A stretch of DNA of 64,000 bases from NCBI GenBank assembly GCA_964443885.1, contig CAYUES010000001.1:4949-68948 (forward strand), read 5' to 3'. Position 1 is the stretch's first letter. Each line of letters opens with the position of its first letter. The notes beneath the pieces were generated by a model. That model searched no databases. It worked only from the letters and a program-made list of their open reading frames with translations, and was not told where the DNA came from. Shown here in pieces: positions 19,383-28,646 of the stretch. Source of the stretch: an uncultured Pseudomonadales bacterium. Lineage in GTDB: Bacteria > Patescibacteriota > Microgenomatia > UBA1400 > PJMF01. A program made the position numbers and the translations under genes.

Positions 19383-19561
19383 ACTGCTCCTTTTCTGATT
19401 TTTACTAATTTTCTAGTGTCTCAGTTTACTGCAGGAGACGTTCGCCAATAGCTCACTGCGTAGTCAGACTATACATAATCACTCAAGTTTCCTCCAGTAA
19501 CAATGACGTCTTCCTAAGCCTCCTTACGCAAACAGACACACTAGTTAATTTCAATATCCGA

Positions 19562-20914
19562 TTACTGTCGAATTACTGCTAAAACTTCGTCTCGCTTCTG
19601 CTCCATCATTTCCTTTGAAGTTGCTTCCAAGTTGAGGCGAACTAACGGCTCGGTGTTGGAAGTACGGACATTGAAGTTCCAGTCTGGATAAATCAATGAC
19701 ACTCCATCAACGTGCAAGACTTCTTGAGCTGAAGGGCCATACATTTCTTCGATTCGAGCCAAAACAGCTTTGCCATCGACCCCTTTGGTGTTAATCTCAC
19801 CAGAGATAAAGTACTTTTGTCCGAGTTCGTCGAGCATTTGATCAAGTGTCTGCCCTGTTTTAGTCAAGAGATCCATCAAGAAAAGCATTGGTGCTAACCC
19901 AGAATCACACAAGAAAAAGTCCTTGAAGTAGTAGTGGCCACTGACTTCACCTGCGAAGACCGCGCCTTCATCGAGCATCCGCTTTTTGATAAACGCATGA
20001 CCGACTCGGTTGTAGAGTGGCGTGCCTCCTGCAGCCGTAATAATATCTGGTACCGCGTGTGAAGCACGAATGTCATAGACAATTGGCGCACCTGGATACT
20101 TGATTAAAAAGTACTTGGCTAGAAGTGCTGTCATGAAGTCACCAGACACAAATCTACCCTTGGCATCAATGCAGAAAAACCGATCGCCATCAGGATCACA
20201 CGCAAAACCAAGATCAGCGCCTTCACTAACGACACGCTCCATTAATTCTTTGCGATTTTCTTCGATCAGGGGATCACCACCATGATTGGGGAATGTGCCA
20301 TCTGGTTCAAAGTACATTGGCGTCATCGTGACTTGCGGAATATGTTTGAAGAGTTCCGTTGCTGAAGGGCCGACCATACCGTTGGCGGTATCGATGATAA
20401 CTTTCATTGGCTTGAGTGTTGTCACGTCAACGAGTGAGAGCATTTTCTCGATGAAGCCGTCCATAATGCTCCACTGCTCGACTGTGCCAGGAGTGGCAGC
20501 AGTGGGAGGAAAATCATCATTTTCGATAAGCTGGCGAATATCTTGAATGCCTTCATCACCTGACAACAGGTAGGGAATTTTTTTGACCATCTTGAAGCCG
20601 TTGTACTCAGCCGGGTTATGACTGGCGGTCACCATGATGCCAGGCAGTTCTTTGGTGGCGCATGCGTAGTAGTACATATCAGTTGAAACCATCCCGACAT
20701 CAATCACATTGACTCCGACACTAGTCAGACCAGCAACAACACCGGCATGCAGCTCTGGGCTAGAAATGCGTGCGTCACGTCCGACAATCACAGTTTCAGG
20801 TTTGAGAACTTGCGCAAAGGCTTTACCGATCGCTGGCGCAGTTTCAGCAAAGAGTTGTTTACCAAAGACACCACGGATGTCGTAAGCCTTAAAAATTGAA
20901 GCATCAACTTGCAT
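19562..20914 (-). CDS. Phosphoglucomutase/phosphomannomutase (alpha-D-phosphohexomutase)
   Basis: YDIRGVFGK...GIMVTASHNPAEYNGFK (TASHNP phosphoserine motif). Four-domain length. Confidence 0.9.
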   Translation of the reverse strand: MQVDASIFKAYDIRGVFGKQLFAETAPAIGKAFAQVLKPETVIVGRDARISSPELHAGVVAGLTSVGVNVIDVGMVSTDMYYYACATKELPGIMVTASHNPAEYNGFKMVKKIPYLLSGDEGIQDIRQLIENDDFPPTAATPGTVEQWSIMDGFIEKMLSLVDVTTLKPMKVIIDTANGMVGPSATELFKHIPQVTMTPMYFEPDGTFPNHGGDPLIEENRKELMERVVSEGADLGFACDPDGDRFFCIDAKGRFVSGDFMTALLAKYFLIKYPGAPIVYDIRASHAVPDIITAAGGTPLYNRVGHAFIKKRMLDEGAVFAGEVSGHYYFKDFFLCDSGLAPMLFLMDLLTKTGQTLDQMLDELGQKYFISGEINTKGVDGKAVLARIEEMYGPSAQEVLHVDGVSLIYPDWNFNVRTSNTEPLVRLNLEATSKEMMEQKRDEVLAVIRQ

Positions 20915-20959
20915 ATGTCCCTTTCGTAAAAGTATGACAAAGTATGAACACGACTAACT

Positions 20960-21685
20960 TTACAGCGTGAGAACCAAAAGGTCAAGTTGCTGTTGGAGTG
21001 TCATTCGTGAGCTCGAAGTTTTCTGATTTTGATCGATTTGAAGGAGTTGTGTGTGGAGTTGTAGAAGTTTGTCCTGAGAAAAGGCGGCGGCCTGTTTCTG
21101 CAGTTTGGCGATTATAAACGGCGCACCTTTGAGTTGGCCATCGTCTTTGGCACTCAACAGCAGGCGAACTTGTCGCGCCAACATCGCAAATAAAAATTCC
21201 GCGCCATCTTGGTCGTAAATCTGGTGAAGTTGTTGTAGCTGGTGAGACTTGTCGGTGCTGGTTCCAAACCCATCTAGCCACCTGAACAGCACCGAGCTGG
21301 ACTTAAACTCTTCTGCCGGTGCTTTCCCAAACTTTTTGAGCATCGTGGGTGTGAGTTGGCGTTTTTCCCAGATCACGAGCTTAGGAATACTGGTGCCAGT
21401 GATCGTGCCGCTCCCTTCTGAAAGTAGCTCGGTGACTTGCGCACTCACCATTTGAATCAGCTGATCTTTTTTAGCGGACTTGGGCAAACTGTGCAGTTCT
21501 TCGATCACGATCACTTTTTCGGTCCCGAATAACGAACTGGCGGCAAACGCCTCTTCCAAAACTGCCAGGGTAAGTTCCTTGCCAAGGAGTCGTTTGAGAT
21601 CAAGCTGGGCATCTCGGGCAGCCTGCAATACGCCAGTCAGCCTGGCACGAGATTTGATAGTATTTTCTCCATGAATGATGAGCAT
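20960..21685 (-). CDS. DNA polymerase III delta subunit (HolA)-like, short form
   Basis: MLIIHGENTIKSR...SSLFGTEKVIVIEELH N-terminal pattern and C-terminal helical region resemble HolA. Shorter than typical. Confidence 0.5.
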   Translation of the reverse strand: MLIIHGENTIKSRARLTGVLQAARDAQLDLKRLLGKELTLAVLEEAFAASSLFGTEKVIVIEELHSLPKSAKKDQLIQMVSAQVTELLSEGSGTITGTSIPKLVIWEKRQLTPTMLKKFGKAPAEEFKSSSVLFRWLDGFGTSTDKSHQLQQLHQIYDQDGAEFLFAMLARQVRLLLSAKDDGQLKGAPFIIAKLQKQAAAFSQDKLLQLHTQLLQIDQNQKTSSSRMTLQQQLDLLVLTL

Positions 21686-21737
21686 CTGAGGTCTAGTATA
21701 CCGTAAAAATATTTTGCTGGATTACAGAGATTTACAA

Positions 21738-22469
21738 CTACGACAGCTCATGGCCTTGTCGCTTCAGCCAACCGCGATGGATTTGGTAGTCAGGATCATA
21801 CTGCGCCACCAAGTTCCAGAAATTCCTCGAGTGGTCCATGTGGGTGCGGTGAGCCAGTTCGTGGATAATCACGTAGTCAATAATTGGAGGTGTAGCATGG
21901 ACGAGCCGCCAGTTAAAGTTTAGATTCCCGAGACTACTGCAACTCCCCCACCTACTTGATTGTTCGCGCAAAGTAATGTGGCCATACTGTATCTTCATTT
22001 TCTTGGCTAGTTGCTCGGTGCGAGTGATCACGTAGGCTTGGGCAGTAGACTTGAGAAACCGCTCCAAGGCTTTTTCTTCCTTTGGACCCCAAGCAATTTG
22101 TGATACTTTTTCTGCTGAAAACTCCACCTCAGGTGTATTAAAAACAATACTCTTGCCACTAATTAAAATACCCAACTTTTGTTTGGGTAAGTATTTTTTA
22201 ACCTTGAGATAATCTTTTCCAAAAATCTGGACGACATCGGTATTAGCATCCCGCTTGGTAAACTTGGAAAGTTTCTCGGTAATCCAATCCGTGTGTTTAG
22301 CGACAAATTGATCTACAACCAGTTTGGGAATAAACCTTGGAGTAACAACAATTACTTGCCCTTTCCGGTCAATTTTGATAGTGAGCCTACGGGCTCGATT
22401 GCTGACGGTATGAGTAAACGGAATTGTGCTAGAAGCTGGACTACCAGAGTCGTTCCCAAAGGGCCACAT
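21738..22469 (-). CDS. DUF45/YgjP-like zinc metallohydrolase (M48/WLM-like HExxH)
   Basis: YVIIHELAHRTHMDHSRNFWNLVAQ matches DUF45 signature (HELaHxxxxNHsxxFW). Confidence 0.75.
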   Translation of the reverse strand: MWPFGNDSGSPASSTIPFTHTVSNRARRLTIKIDRKGQVIVVTPRFIPKLVVDQFVAKHTDWITEKLSKFTKRDANTDVVQIFGKDYLKVKKYLPKQKLGILISGKSIVFNTPEVEFSAEKVSQIAWGPKEEKALERFLKSTAQAYVITRTEQLAKKMKIQYGHITLREQSSRWGSCSSLGNLNFNWRLVHATPPIIDYVIIHELAHRTHMDHSRNFWNLVAQYDPDYQIHRGWLKRQGHELS

Positions 22470-22821
22470 AGTTGATTATTGAGAGCCACTCTATCATGGC
22501 ACGATGCCAAACCACAAGACTAGAACCAGTTATAAACTCAATCATTTCTATGAACTTCGAGTGGCCCTTGAAGACACGCACCGCAAAAAACATATTGATA
22601 CAGGAACTGATCGAGCTAGCGATTGCTTCGGTCGTAACTTCCTGAACTTCATTTGTAGAAAGGGTCTCGAGCTGCAAACTTGCTTCGAGTTCTGGGTACG
22701 TCACCAAAAAAAACCGTCCTGCCTCGAAGAGCTCCCAAGCTGCCAACCCTAATAACAGCACAACCAAGAGTTTACGAAGGTACTTGTACGTTATTTCTGC
22801 ATATTCACGAAAATTTTCCAT
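22441..22821 (-). CDS. Hypothetical small membrane protein
   Basis: 126-aa ORF with 1-2 TM helices. Overlaps downstream gene by 29 nt. No family recognised. Confidence 0.35.
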   Translation of the reverse strand: MENFREYAEITYKYLRKLLVVLLLGLAAWELFEAGRFFLVTYPELEASLQLETLSTNEVQEVTTEAIASSISSCINMFFAVRVFKGHSKFIEMIEFITGSSLVVWHRAMIEWLSIINYVALWERLW

Positions 22822-22945
22822 ATGTACTCCACGCTACAAGAGATTTTTTAGAGAAGCAAGCACAAAAAGATAGTGTAAAATAGCATCAGTACCGCTCAAG
22901 CGTCAGTACCAGCAGATGCTGTAGATGCTAAAGCTCTGAGTACAA

Positions 22946-23031
22946 GCCGAGGTGCTGAAATTGGTAGACAGGCTGGACTTAGAATCCAGTGCCCTTCAAA
23001 CGGCGTGCAGGTTCGATTCCTGTCCTCGGCA
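22946..23031 (+). tRNA. tRNA-Leu (anticodon TAG), type II long variable arm, no encoded CCA
   Basis: Acceptor GCCGAGG/CCTCGGC, anticodon stem CTGGA/TCCAG with loop CTTAGAA, variable arm, TTCGATT T-loop. Confidence 0.85.
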
Positions 23032-23050
23032 CAATCTCATTTTAAGCACT

Positions 23051-23073
23051 AAAAAACCCCGCTTGTGGCGGGG
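23051..23073 (-). terminator. Intrinsic terminator (hairpin CCCCGC-TTGTG-GCGGGG plus U-tract on minus strand), probably bidirectional
   Basis: Perfect 6-bp GC stem at 23057-23073. On the minus strand it is followed by TTTTTT (complement of 23051-23056). Lies downstream of minus gene 23188..23886 and of tRNA-Leu. Confidence 0.7.
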
Positions 23074-23187
23074 TGCTTTAAGTTCAGAACGGCATTCCGG
23101 TGAGGAGTGTCCTTCTGAATTACTACTACTATATCAAATTACTATAAGTCTGTCAATAGTGATCATACTAGAACATAAATATGTCAA

Positions 23188-23886
23188 TTATTGATTATTT
23201 TGAGTACTAGGATTTTCCTCGGTAAACTCAAGTAAATCGGCATCGGTTTTGAGTTCTCTCCCGAGTGCTCGGTCATCGTAGCGCATCTCGGCCATCCATT
23301 GATTGACACTAGCTGCCCAACTGCCATTACTTCCAGGCGTATATTTCCGCATGATCTGCTCTGGAGTGACTAATCCAATATCCAGGTAGTTTTTCTTGAG
23401 AATGCCTGCTGCAGCGGTAAAGTTTTCCCGATATGTTTCGAATCCCCAGGTACCGCGCGCGTGAATTCCTAGACCCAAACAGTTGTGCGACTCTGGTGGG
23501 ATAACTTTACACAAGTTGCTCTCTTGCATTGCAATGGCTGGAAGGAGTCGAAAATCAATGCCTTGTTCGTCAGCCAGCGTCACTAAAAACTGGGCAAACT
23601 CAGGATCTTCGTCTAAAATCGGCGAGTTATGACGCTCCAAAAAATTATGAACCAAGATTACGCGGGCATCCCCTACTTCTGGTTGGGCTTCAATCTGTGG
23701 ATTACTGCTCTCGGCCGGCCGAGTTGGGCCATCAGAAAGTACCATTGCACCGCCTTGCGGCCAGGGAATCGAAAACTTGGTTGACATAAAATATCCGGTG
23801 TCCAAGTAAAATGCCATCGCCACACTTGCAAAGATAGTTGCAGTTGTTCCAAAGAGCCATAAAACTGCTGAAAGAAGCTTTTTCAT
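23188..23886 (-). CDS. Membrane-anchored lytic transglycosylase-like (SLT-domain-like) cell-wall hydrolase
   Basis: N-terminal TM. LLPAIAMQESNLCKVIPPESHNCLGLGIHA resembles SLT family 1 catalytic region (ES...GLMQ). Confidence 0.5.
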   Translation of the reverse strand: MKKLLSAVLWLFGTTATIFASVAMAFYLDTGYFMSTKFSIPWPQGGAMVLSDGPTRPAESSNPQIEAQPEVGDARVILVHNFLERHNSPILDEDPEFAQFLVTLADEQGIDFRLLPAIAMQESNLCKVIPPESHNCLGLGIHARGTWGFETYRENFTAAAGILKKNYLDIGLVTPEQIMRKYTPGSNGSWAASVNQWMAEMRYDDRALGRELKTDADLLEFTEENPSTQNNQ

Positions 23887-23958
23887 AATCTAGAATCTAA
23901 TTGTATCAAATCATTATTTTCCTGGACAAACTCGAGGAAAAATGGTATAATTTAAGTA

Positions 23959-24957
23959 ATGAAATACCTGTCCAAAGTATTATTATCGATTTTCCTTTTT
24001 GTGGTTTCCACAAGTTCGGTTTTTGCGGCTGATGTCTCTAAAATTGGCGTTCATATTTTGAATACGAACGAACTATCTGAGGCTAAATCATTAGTCAAGA
24101 TTGGTCAAGAGGACTCTTGGCAGTACGTCACAGTACCCTTTACTGTAGCTGATATTGAGAAGGAAGCCGAGTGGCAAACCTTCTTTAATGATGCCCGCAA
24201 CCAAAAAATTATTCCCCTGGTTCGTCTCACTACTAGTGTGGAAAATACCGCCTGGAAAGTACCTAATCAGATGGAGATCACCCGAATGCTGGCGGTGTTG
24301 AGCCGCCTCGAGTGGCCAACAGCCGAACGTCACATTATTGTTTTCAATGAAGTGAATCACGCTAAAGAATGGGGTGGTACGATTAATCCGCAGGAATATG
24401 CTGAAGTTTTAAGTTTCACCAAGAACTGGGCTAATACAGAAAGCAAAAACTATGTGGTCTTGCCCGCTGCCATGGACTTGGCTGCCCCAAACGGAAGCCA
24501 AACAAAAGAAGCATTCAATTATTTGCAAGCCATGTACGACTACGACAATGAAGTGTTTACTGGCTTAGGTGGTTGGAACTCTCATTCATATCCAAACCCT
24601 GGCTTTAGTTCAGCTCCTCAACGAACTGGCAAAAACTCACTGCGTGGTTTTCACAATGAGTTGGCTTTTTTAGAGGGAAAAACTGAGAAAGACTTGCAAG
24701 TGTATATTACAGAAACTGGCTGGGAAGATAGTACTGCCACGGGACGGTGGTTAACTAGTTACTATGCATACGCTCTACAACATATTTGGTCTGATGAACG
24801 GGTCAAAGCGGTGACGCCATTTATTCTAAAAGGTGAGCCCGGCCCATTTGCTAAGTTTAGCTTCATTAATGGTGATGGCAGTCAAACTCGTCAATATCAC
24901 GCCTTTCAGGCTGCTTTACAGCAGGTTTACGGCAAACCAACTGCCAGTGTGCAGTAG
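23959..24957 (+). CDS. Secreted clan GH-A (TIM-barrel) glycoside hydrolase, GH5/GH113-like
   Basis: Signal peptide MKYLSKVLLSIFLFVVSTSSVFA. IIVFNEVNH (acid/base NE) and VYITETGW (nucleophile E) spaced as in clan GH-A. TATAAT 7 nt upstream of ATG. Confidence 0.65.
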   Translation: MKYLSKVLLSIFLFVVSTSSVFAADVSKIGVHILNTNELSEAKSLVKIGQEDSWQYVTVPFTVADIEKEAEWQTFFNDARNQKIIPLVRLTTSVENTAWKVPNQMEITRMLAVLSRLEWPTAERHIIVFNEVNHAKEWGGTINPQEYAEVLSFTKNWANTESKNYVVLPAAMDLAAPNGSQTKEAFNYLQAMYDYDNEVFTGLGGWNSHSYPNPGFSSAPQRTGKNSLRGFHNELAFLEGKTEKDLQVYITETGWEDSTATGRWLTSYYAYALQHIWSDERVKAVTPFILKGEPGPFAKFSFINGDGSQTRQYHAFQAALQQVYGKPTASVQ

Positions 24958-24958
24958 G

Positions 24959-25348
24959 CTAGTTGAATGAGCTAGTTTCTTCAATACGATTATTCAAGTA
25001 TCGCGCCATTGCTGCTAAAGCAAATATAATTTGCTGGCGCTCACGCGGTTCCATTGCCTTCAAATCCTTATTAAAATGCTGATATCCTCTTTCTTTAAAG
25101 AAAGCAAGATACTGCAGAATTTCTTTAGTAGTCATTTTTATAATAACACTCTCGTGTGGTTCTACATCTGCGGCAGTGAGGCCAGCGTCAGTACTAGTGA
25201 ACTCTGGGAGAGTATTACCTAGAGTAGCAAGCAAAGGTGCGCCATCGACTGTGAATTCTGTATTACTTGGATCAGGATTAATATGGGGTGATTGTACTTC
25301 ATTGGCTTCTGCGCGGTGCATAGTTTCCTTTCTGCCTAATTTTGGCAA
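24959..25348 (-). CDS. Hypothetical protein (disordered N-terminus, helical C-terminus)
   Basis: 129-aa ORF. No family recognised. Confidence 0.35.
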   Translation of the reverse strand: MPKLGRKETMHRAEANEVQSPHINPDPSNTEFTVDGAPLLATLGNTLPEFTSTDAGLTAADVEPHESVIIKMTTKEILQYLAFFKERGYQHFNKDLKAMEPRERQQIIFALAAMARYLNNRIEETSSFN

Positions 25349-25394
25349 ATCTTCTGATTATAGAACGATCGTATCCAGTGTCAAAGCCACTTAA

Positions 25395-26018
25395 TTACTT
25401 TTTAATGTACAAATACACTTCGTTTAGAGATTTTTCACTCTTCCAGTTGGGGAATGGAAAGCTATTGCAGATCACGCGCGCGCCTGGTTTGAGTTCGTTG
25501 AGTAACTTGGCTTCGAGATCTTTCATAATGTAGGTCATGCCAAAGAGTGTCACGATGTCGTAGTCGCCAAAGTTGGTAGTCCACATGTTTGCCCAGTAAA
25601 ACTCTGGGCGTTTTGCAGCCGGCAGTCCTCTACCCTGCCACTTGGACCACAGTACTAGGATTGGATTAATTTCATAGCCGTAGGCGCGTGCTCCAGCTGC
25701 AGCAAGCGCAAACGGAATTCGACCATCACCCGAGCCAATATCGACTGCTTTTTCGCCTTTTTTAATTTTTGCTAACTGCAGAATTGTCTCGATTTGTTTG
25801 TCTGAACTGGGATAGTAGATTGCGCCTTTGACAGTCGGGAGCAAAAACAGTAAATCAATGATAATGACAATGTATGCCAAGATGATGATGCTAATGCCGC
25901 TGAACCTGAAGAATGCTGGCTGTAACTCTGGGGGGAGCAGAAAGTAAATAATCACTTCAAGGGCAATAATCCCAAGGAAAATAGCTAGTGAACCAAGTAA
26001 GATTTTTTTTGGTGGCAT
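25395..26018 (-). CDS. Membrane-anchored class I SAM-dependent methyltransferase
   Basis: Two N-terminal TM helices then VDIGSGDGRIPFALA (motif I) and Rossmann-fold pattern. Confidence 0.65.
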   Translation of the reverse strand: MPPKKILLGSLAIFLGIIALEVIIYFLLPPELQPAFFRFSGISIIILAYIVIIIDLLFLLPTVKGAIYYPSSDKQIETILQLAKIKKGEKAVDIGSGDGRIPFALAAAGARAYGYEINPILVLWSKWQGRGLPAAKRPEFYWANMWTTNFGDYDIVTLFGMTYIMKDLEAKLLNELKPGARVICNSFPFPNWKSEKSLNEVYLYIKK

Positions 26019-26033
26019 TGAATGATTGTAACA

Positions 26034-26073
26034 AAAAAACCAATCCTTGAGTTTTTAATTCCAAGGATTGGTC
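26034..26073 (-). terminator. Intrinsic terminator for gene 26095..26289 (11-bp perfect hairpin plus U7 on minus strand)
   Basis: ACCAATCCTTG (26040-26050) pairs with CAAGGATTGGT (26063-26073). On the minus strand followed by TTTTTTT (26034-26040). Confidence 0.7.
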
Positions 26074-26094
26074 GTTTAAAGAGTTAAGTACTTA

Positions 26095-26289
26095 TTAAGT
26101 TTTTTTTGTTAATGCCCTGATAGTTTCCGCATCTATTGCTGCTTGTTTTTCATCAGTAAAATGAGGGTTGCCATTACTATCTACATGAACGCCAGCATCA
26201 TTTGTAGTTGGAACTGCTCTTGCCTTGTCAGCAGCTTCTTTAAGCTGTTCCTTAGTCATATTTCGAAAATCAACTAATTCTCCTGCCAT
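26095..26289 (-). CDS. Small hypothetical protein (64 aa, hydrophilic)
   Basis: ORF with downstream intrinsic terminator. No family assigned. Confidence 0.4.
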   Translation of the reverse strand: MAGELVDFRNMTKEQLKEAADKARAVPTTNDAGVHVDSNGNPHFTDEKQAAIDAETIRALTKKT

Positions 26290-26355
26290 ATTTTTCCTTT
26301 GTTATTTATTACTATTTTTCACTATAGCATACCAAGAGTTTTTGTAACAATAATT

Positions 26356-26694
26356 TTACTTACTCACCATACTATTTGTCACACTACCAATTATGGAGAG
26401 TGTGATAGCAAACAGTATCGCAGACATCACGCCTTCGAGTTCAAATCCTGGAACTACTGCATCGACCAAGAACAAAATTATCAAGTTGATCACGAACAAG
26501 AATAATCCAAAGGTGAGAATCGTAATCGGCAAGGTCAACAGTGTCAAAATTGGTTTAACAATTGCGTTCATAAAACCTAGCACTACCGTTACTAAGACAG
26601 CGCTCAAAAATGAGTCCACTCGCGCACCCGGAATTAGGTATGCAGCAAGCATAACTGTTATCGCATTGACGATGATTGAAAAAATAAGTGCCAT
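26356..26694 (-). CDS. DUF360 / phage-holin-4_2 family small membrane protein
   Basis: 112 aa, 4 TM. LIPGARVDSFLSAVLVTVVLGFMNAIVKPIL...FGLFLFVINLII matches PF04020 pattern. Confidence 0.6.
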   Translation of the reverse strand: MALIFSIIVNAITVMLAAYLIPGARVDSFLSAVLVTVVLGFMNAIVKPILTLLTLPITILTFGLFLFVINLIILFLVDAVVPGFELEGVMSAILFAITLSIIGSVTNSMVSK

Positions 26695-26795
26695 ATAATC
26701 TTTCTTCTAATTGTATAAATTTGAGTACAATTTAATGTACTGTAAGTATCATAGCTGAACCAGCAAGACAAAGCATGTGAGTTTTGTAAGAAAAA

Positions 26796-28565
26796 TTAGT
26801 AAATCTCGTAGGATGCAAGTAGTTTCTTGTTACCTTCCACCTGGTAGTTCAAAAGATCTTTGTAAATACCACTCTTTTGAGCCAGTTCAGCCGGTGAACC
26901 ATAGTCAACAATTCTGCCAGTATTGAGTACAATAATTTTCTTGACATTTTGGATCGTTGAGAAGCGGTGGGCAATAATAATTACGAGCTTATTTTTCATT
27001 AAGTTTTCTAATGCGTCTTGGACTTCTTTTTCAGACTTGGCATCCAAGCTGCTGGTTGCTTCATCCAAAATCAAAATTGGTGCATTTTTAAGAATGGCAC
27101 GGGCAATTTGAATACGCTGCTTTTGACCACCAGATAGCCGCACTCCTCGCTCGCCGACTTCAGATTCCAAGCCGTGTGGCAACTTCATCACAAAGTCGTA
27201 GGCATTGGCCAGTTTCAAAGCCTTAATGACATCTTCCTCTGAAGCACTTTCTGTTCCATACGCCACATTGTCTTTGATTGTTGAAGAGAACAACTCATTT
27301 TCCTGGAAAACCAAGGCAATGTTATTGCGCACCACGGTTGCATCAAGCTCACTGTAGCTTTTGTCTTTCATCAAAATATCGCCAGTTGTGGGGATGTAAA
27401 ACTTGAGGATCAAGTTGATGATCGTAGATTTTCCTGCACCACTGTGCCCCACCAGCGCGACACTTTCATTTTTCTTAATTGAAAACGAAACACCATCCAA
27501 GACAGTCGCAGATTCATCGTACTTGAATGAAACATTTTTGAACTCCAGCGTTGGATCAAGAAGTCGCTTTTTCTCGACATTTTTTTTGTAGTTTTCAGTA
27601 GAAGCCAGCTTCATTACTTCAAAGAACTCTTTGGAACCAGCTTCAGCAAACTGAATTTGCGTCAAGATATACGACATCGCAAAGAGTGGCATCCGGGCTT
27701 GATTGACGAGCTGCAGAATCAAAACCATCTCACCGATTGTTAAGTTCCCCGTAAACGTATTATAGAAAACTAAAACGTTAATAATAAATAAAATCACTAT
27801 CAAAGAAAGGCCGCGGAAGAAATCAAAGATATGAAATGTTTGACTTTGGCGGGCATAAATTTTGTTGATCTCAGTTAAGCCTTTTGAGACAACATCAAAC
27901 TCTTTTTTCTCGGTGATAAAACTTTTGACTAAGCGAATGTTAGAGATAACTTCTTGGATGCGGCCGCGGGTGCTGTCTTCAATTTTGTTCTTCTTCTCTT
28001 CTTCTTTACCCCAACGCACTGTTGAGTAGTGACTCAGGGTCAAATAGACAGGAAATAATAAAAAAGTACAGATTGCGATCGGCACATCGTAGTACGCCAG
28101 CACCGCAATCGTGAGGATACTCTGCAAAAAGGTCGGAACAATAAAGTTGGAAGAAGTATTTAGGAAACTATAAATTGAAGAAATGCCGCGATTTAATTGA
28201 TTGACGATTTTACCGGAAATTTCAGAGTCAAAGTAAGATTGTGGAAGTGTCAAAACTTTATCATAAAATTTCTCAGTCAAAAACTTACGAATCCGACCTT
28301 GGAAGTGATCACCAAGGCGTTCGCTGACTACTGTAGAAATTAGTCCGAGCAAGTTCATGACCAGTGAAATAATGATAAGAAATATGAGCCGATCCATGTC
28401 GCCACCAGCGCCAGATGTTTGGGCGACGATCTCATCCACGATAAACTTGGAAATCAAAGGAACAGCCAAAGTGAACAGTGATGAAATAATAATCAGTACC
28501 GCCAATGCTGCTACCAAATGATGCAGAGGCTTGGAGATTTTGATGATCTGTAGAATATTTTTCAT
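26796..28565 (-). CDS. ABC transporter, fused permease/ATP-binding protein (type I exporter, MsbA-like)
   Basis: 6-TM N-terminal domain. NBD with GHSGAGKST (Walker A), LSGGQKQRIQIARA (signature), ILILDEATSSLD (Walker B). Confidence 0.9.
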   Translation of the reverse strand: MKNILQIIKISKPLHHLVAALAVLIIISSLFTLAVPLISKFIVDEIVAQTSGAGGDMDRLIFLIIISLVMNLLGLISTVVSERLGDHFQGRIRKFLTEKFYDKVLTLPQSYFDSEISGKIVNQLNRGISSIYSFLNTSSNFIVPTFLQSILTIAVLAYYDVPIAICTFLLFPVYLTLSHYSTVRWGKEEEKKNKIEDSTRGRIQEVISNIRLVKSFITEKKEFDVVSKGLTEINKIYARQSQTFHIFDFFRGLSLIVILFIINVLVFYNTFTGNLTIGEMVLILQLVNQARMPLFAMSYILTQIQFAEAGSKEFFEVMKLASTENYKKNVEKKRLLDPTLEFKNVSFKYDESATVLDGVSFSIKKNESVALVGHSGAGKSTIINLILKFYIPTTGDILMKDKSYSELDATVVRNNIALVFQENELFSSTIKDNVAYGTESASEEDVIKALKLANAYDFVMKLPHGLESEVGERGVRLSGGQKQRIQIARAILKNAPILILDEATSSLDAKSEKEVQDALENLMKNKLVIIIAHRFSTIQNVKKIIVLNTGRIVDYGSPAELAQKSGIYKDLLNYQVEGNKKLLASYEIY

Positions 28566-28646
28566 GAAGACTATATGATAACTTAAATTAGATTAAATGA
28601 GGATACTTGGTATATAAAAAATTGATCTGTACTTTATAATTTAAGT

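Noticed and set aside
19383-19561. 180-bp pgm-pgi intergenic region examined for riboswitch or small RNA
   Set aside because: Contains a strong SD (AAAAGGAG) for pgi and short imperfect inverted repeats only. No convincing conserved RNA structure recognisable by eye.
22952-23194. Track ORF 22952..23194 (+)
   Set aside because: Overlaps tRNA-Leu(TAG) and the terminator hairpin. Spurious.
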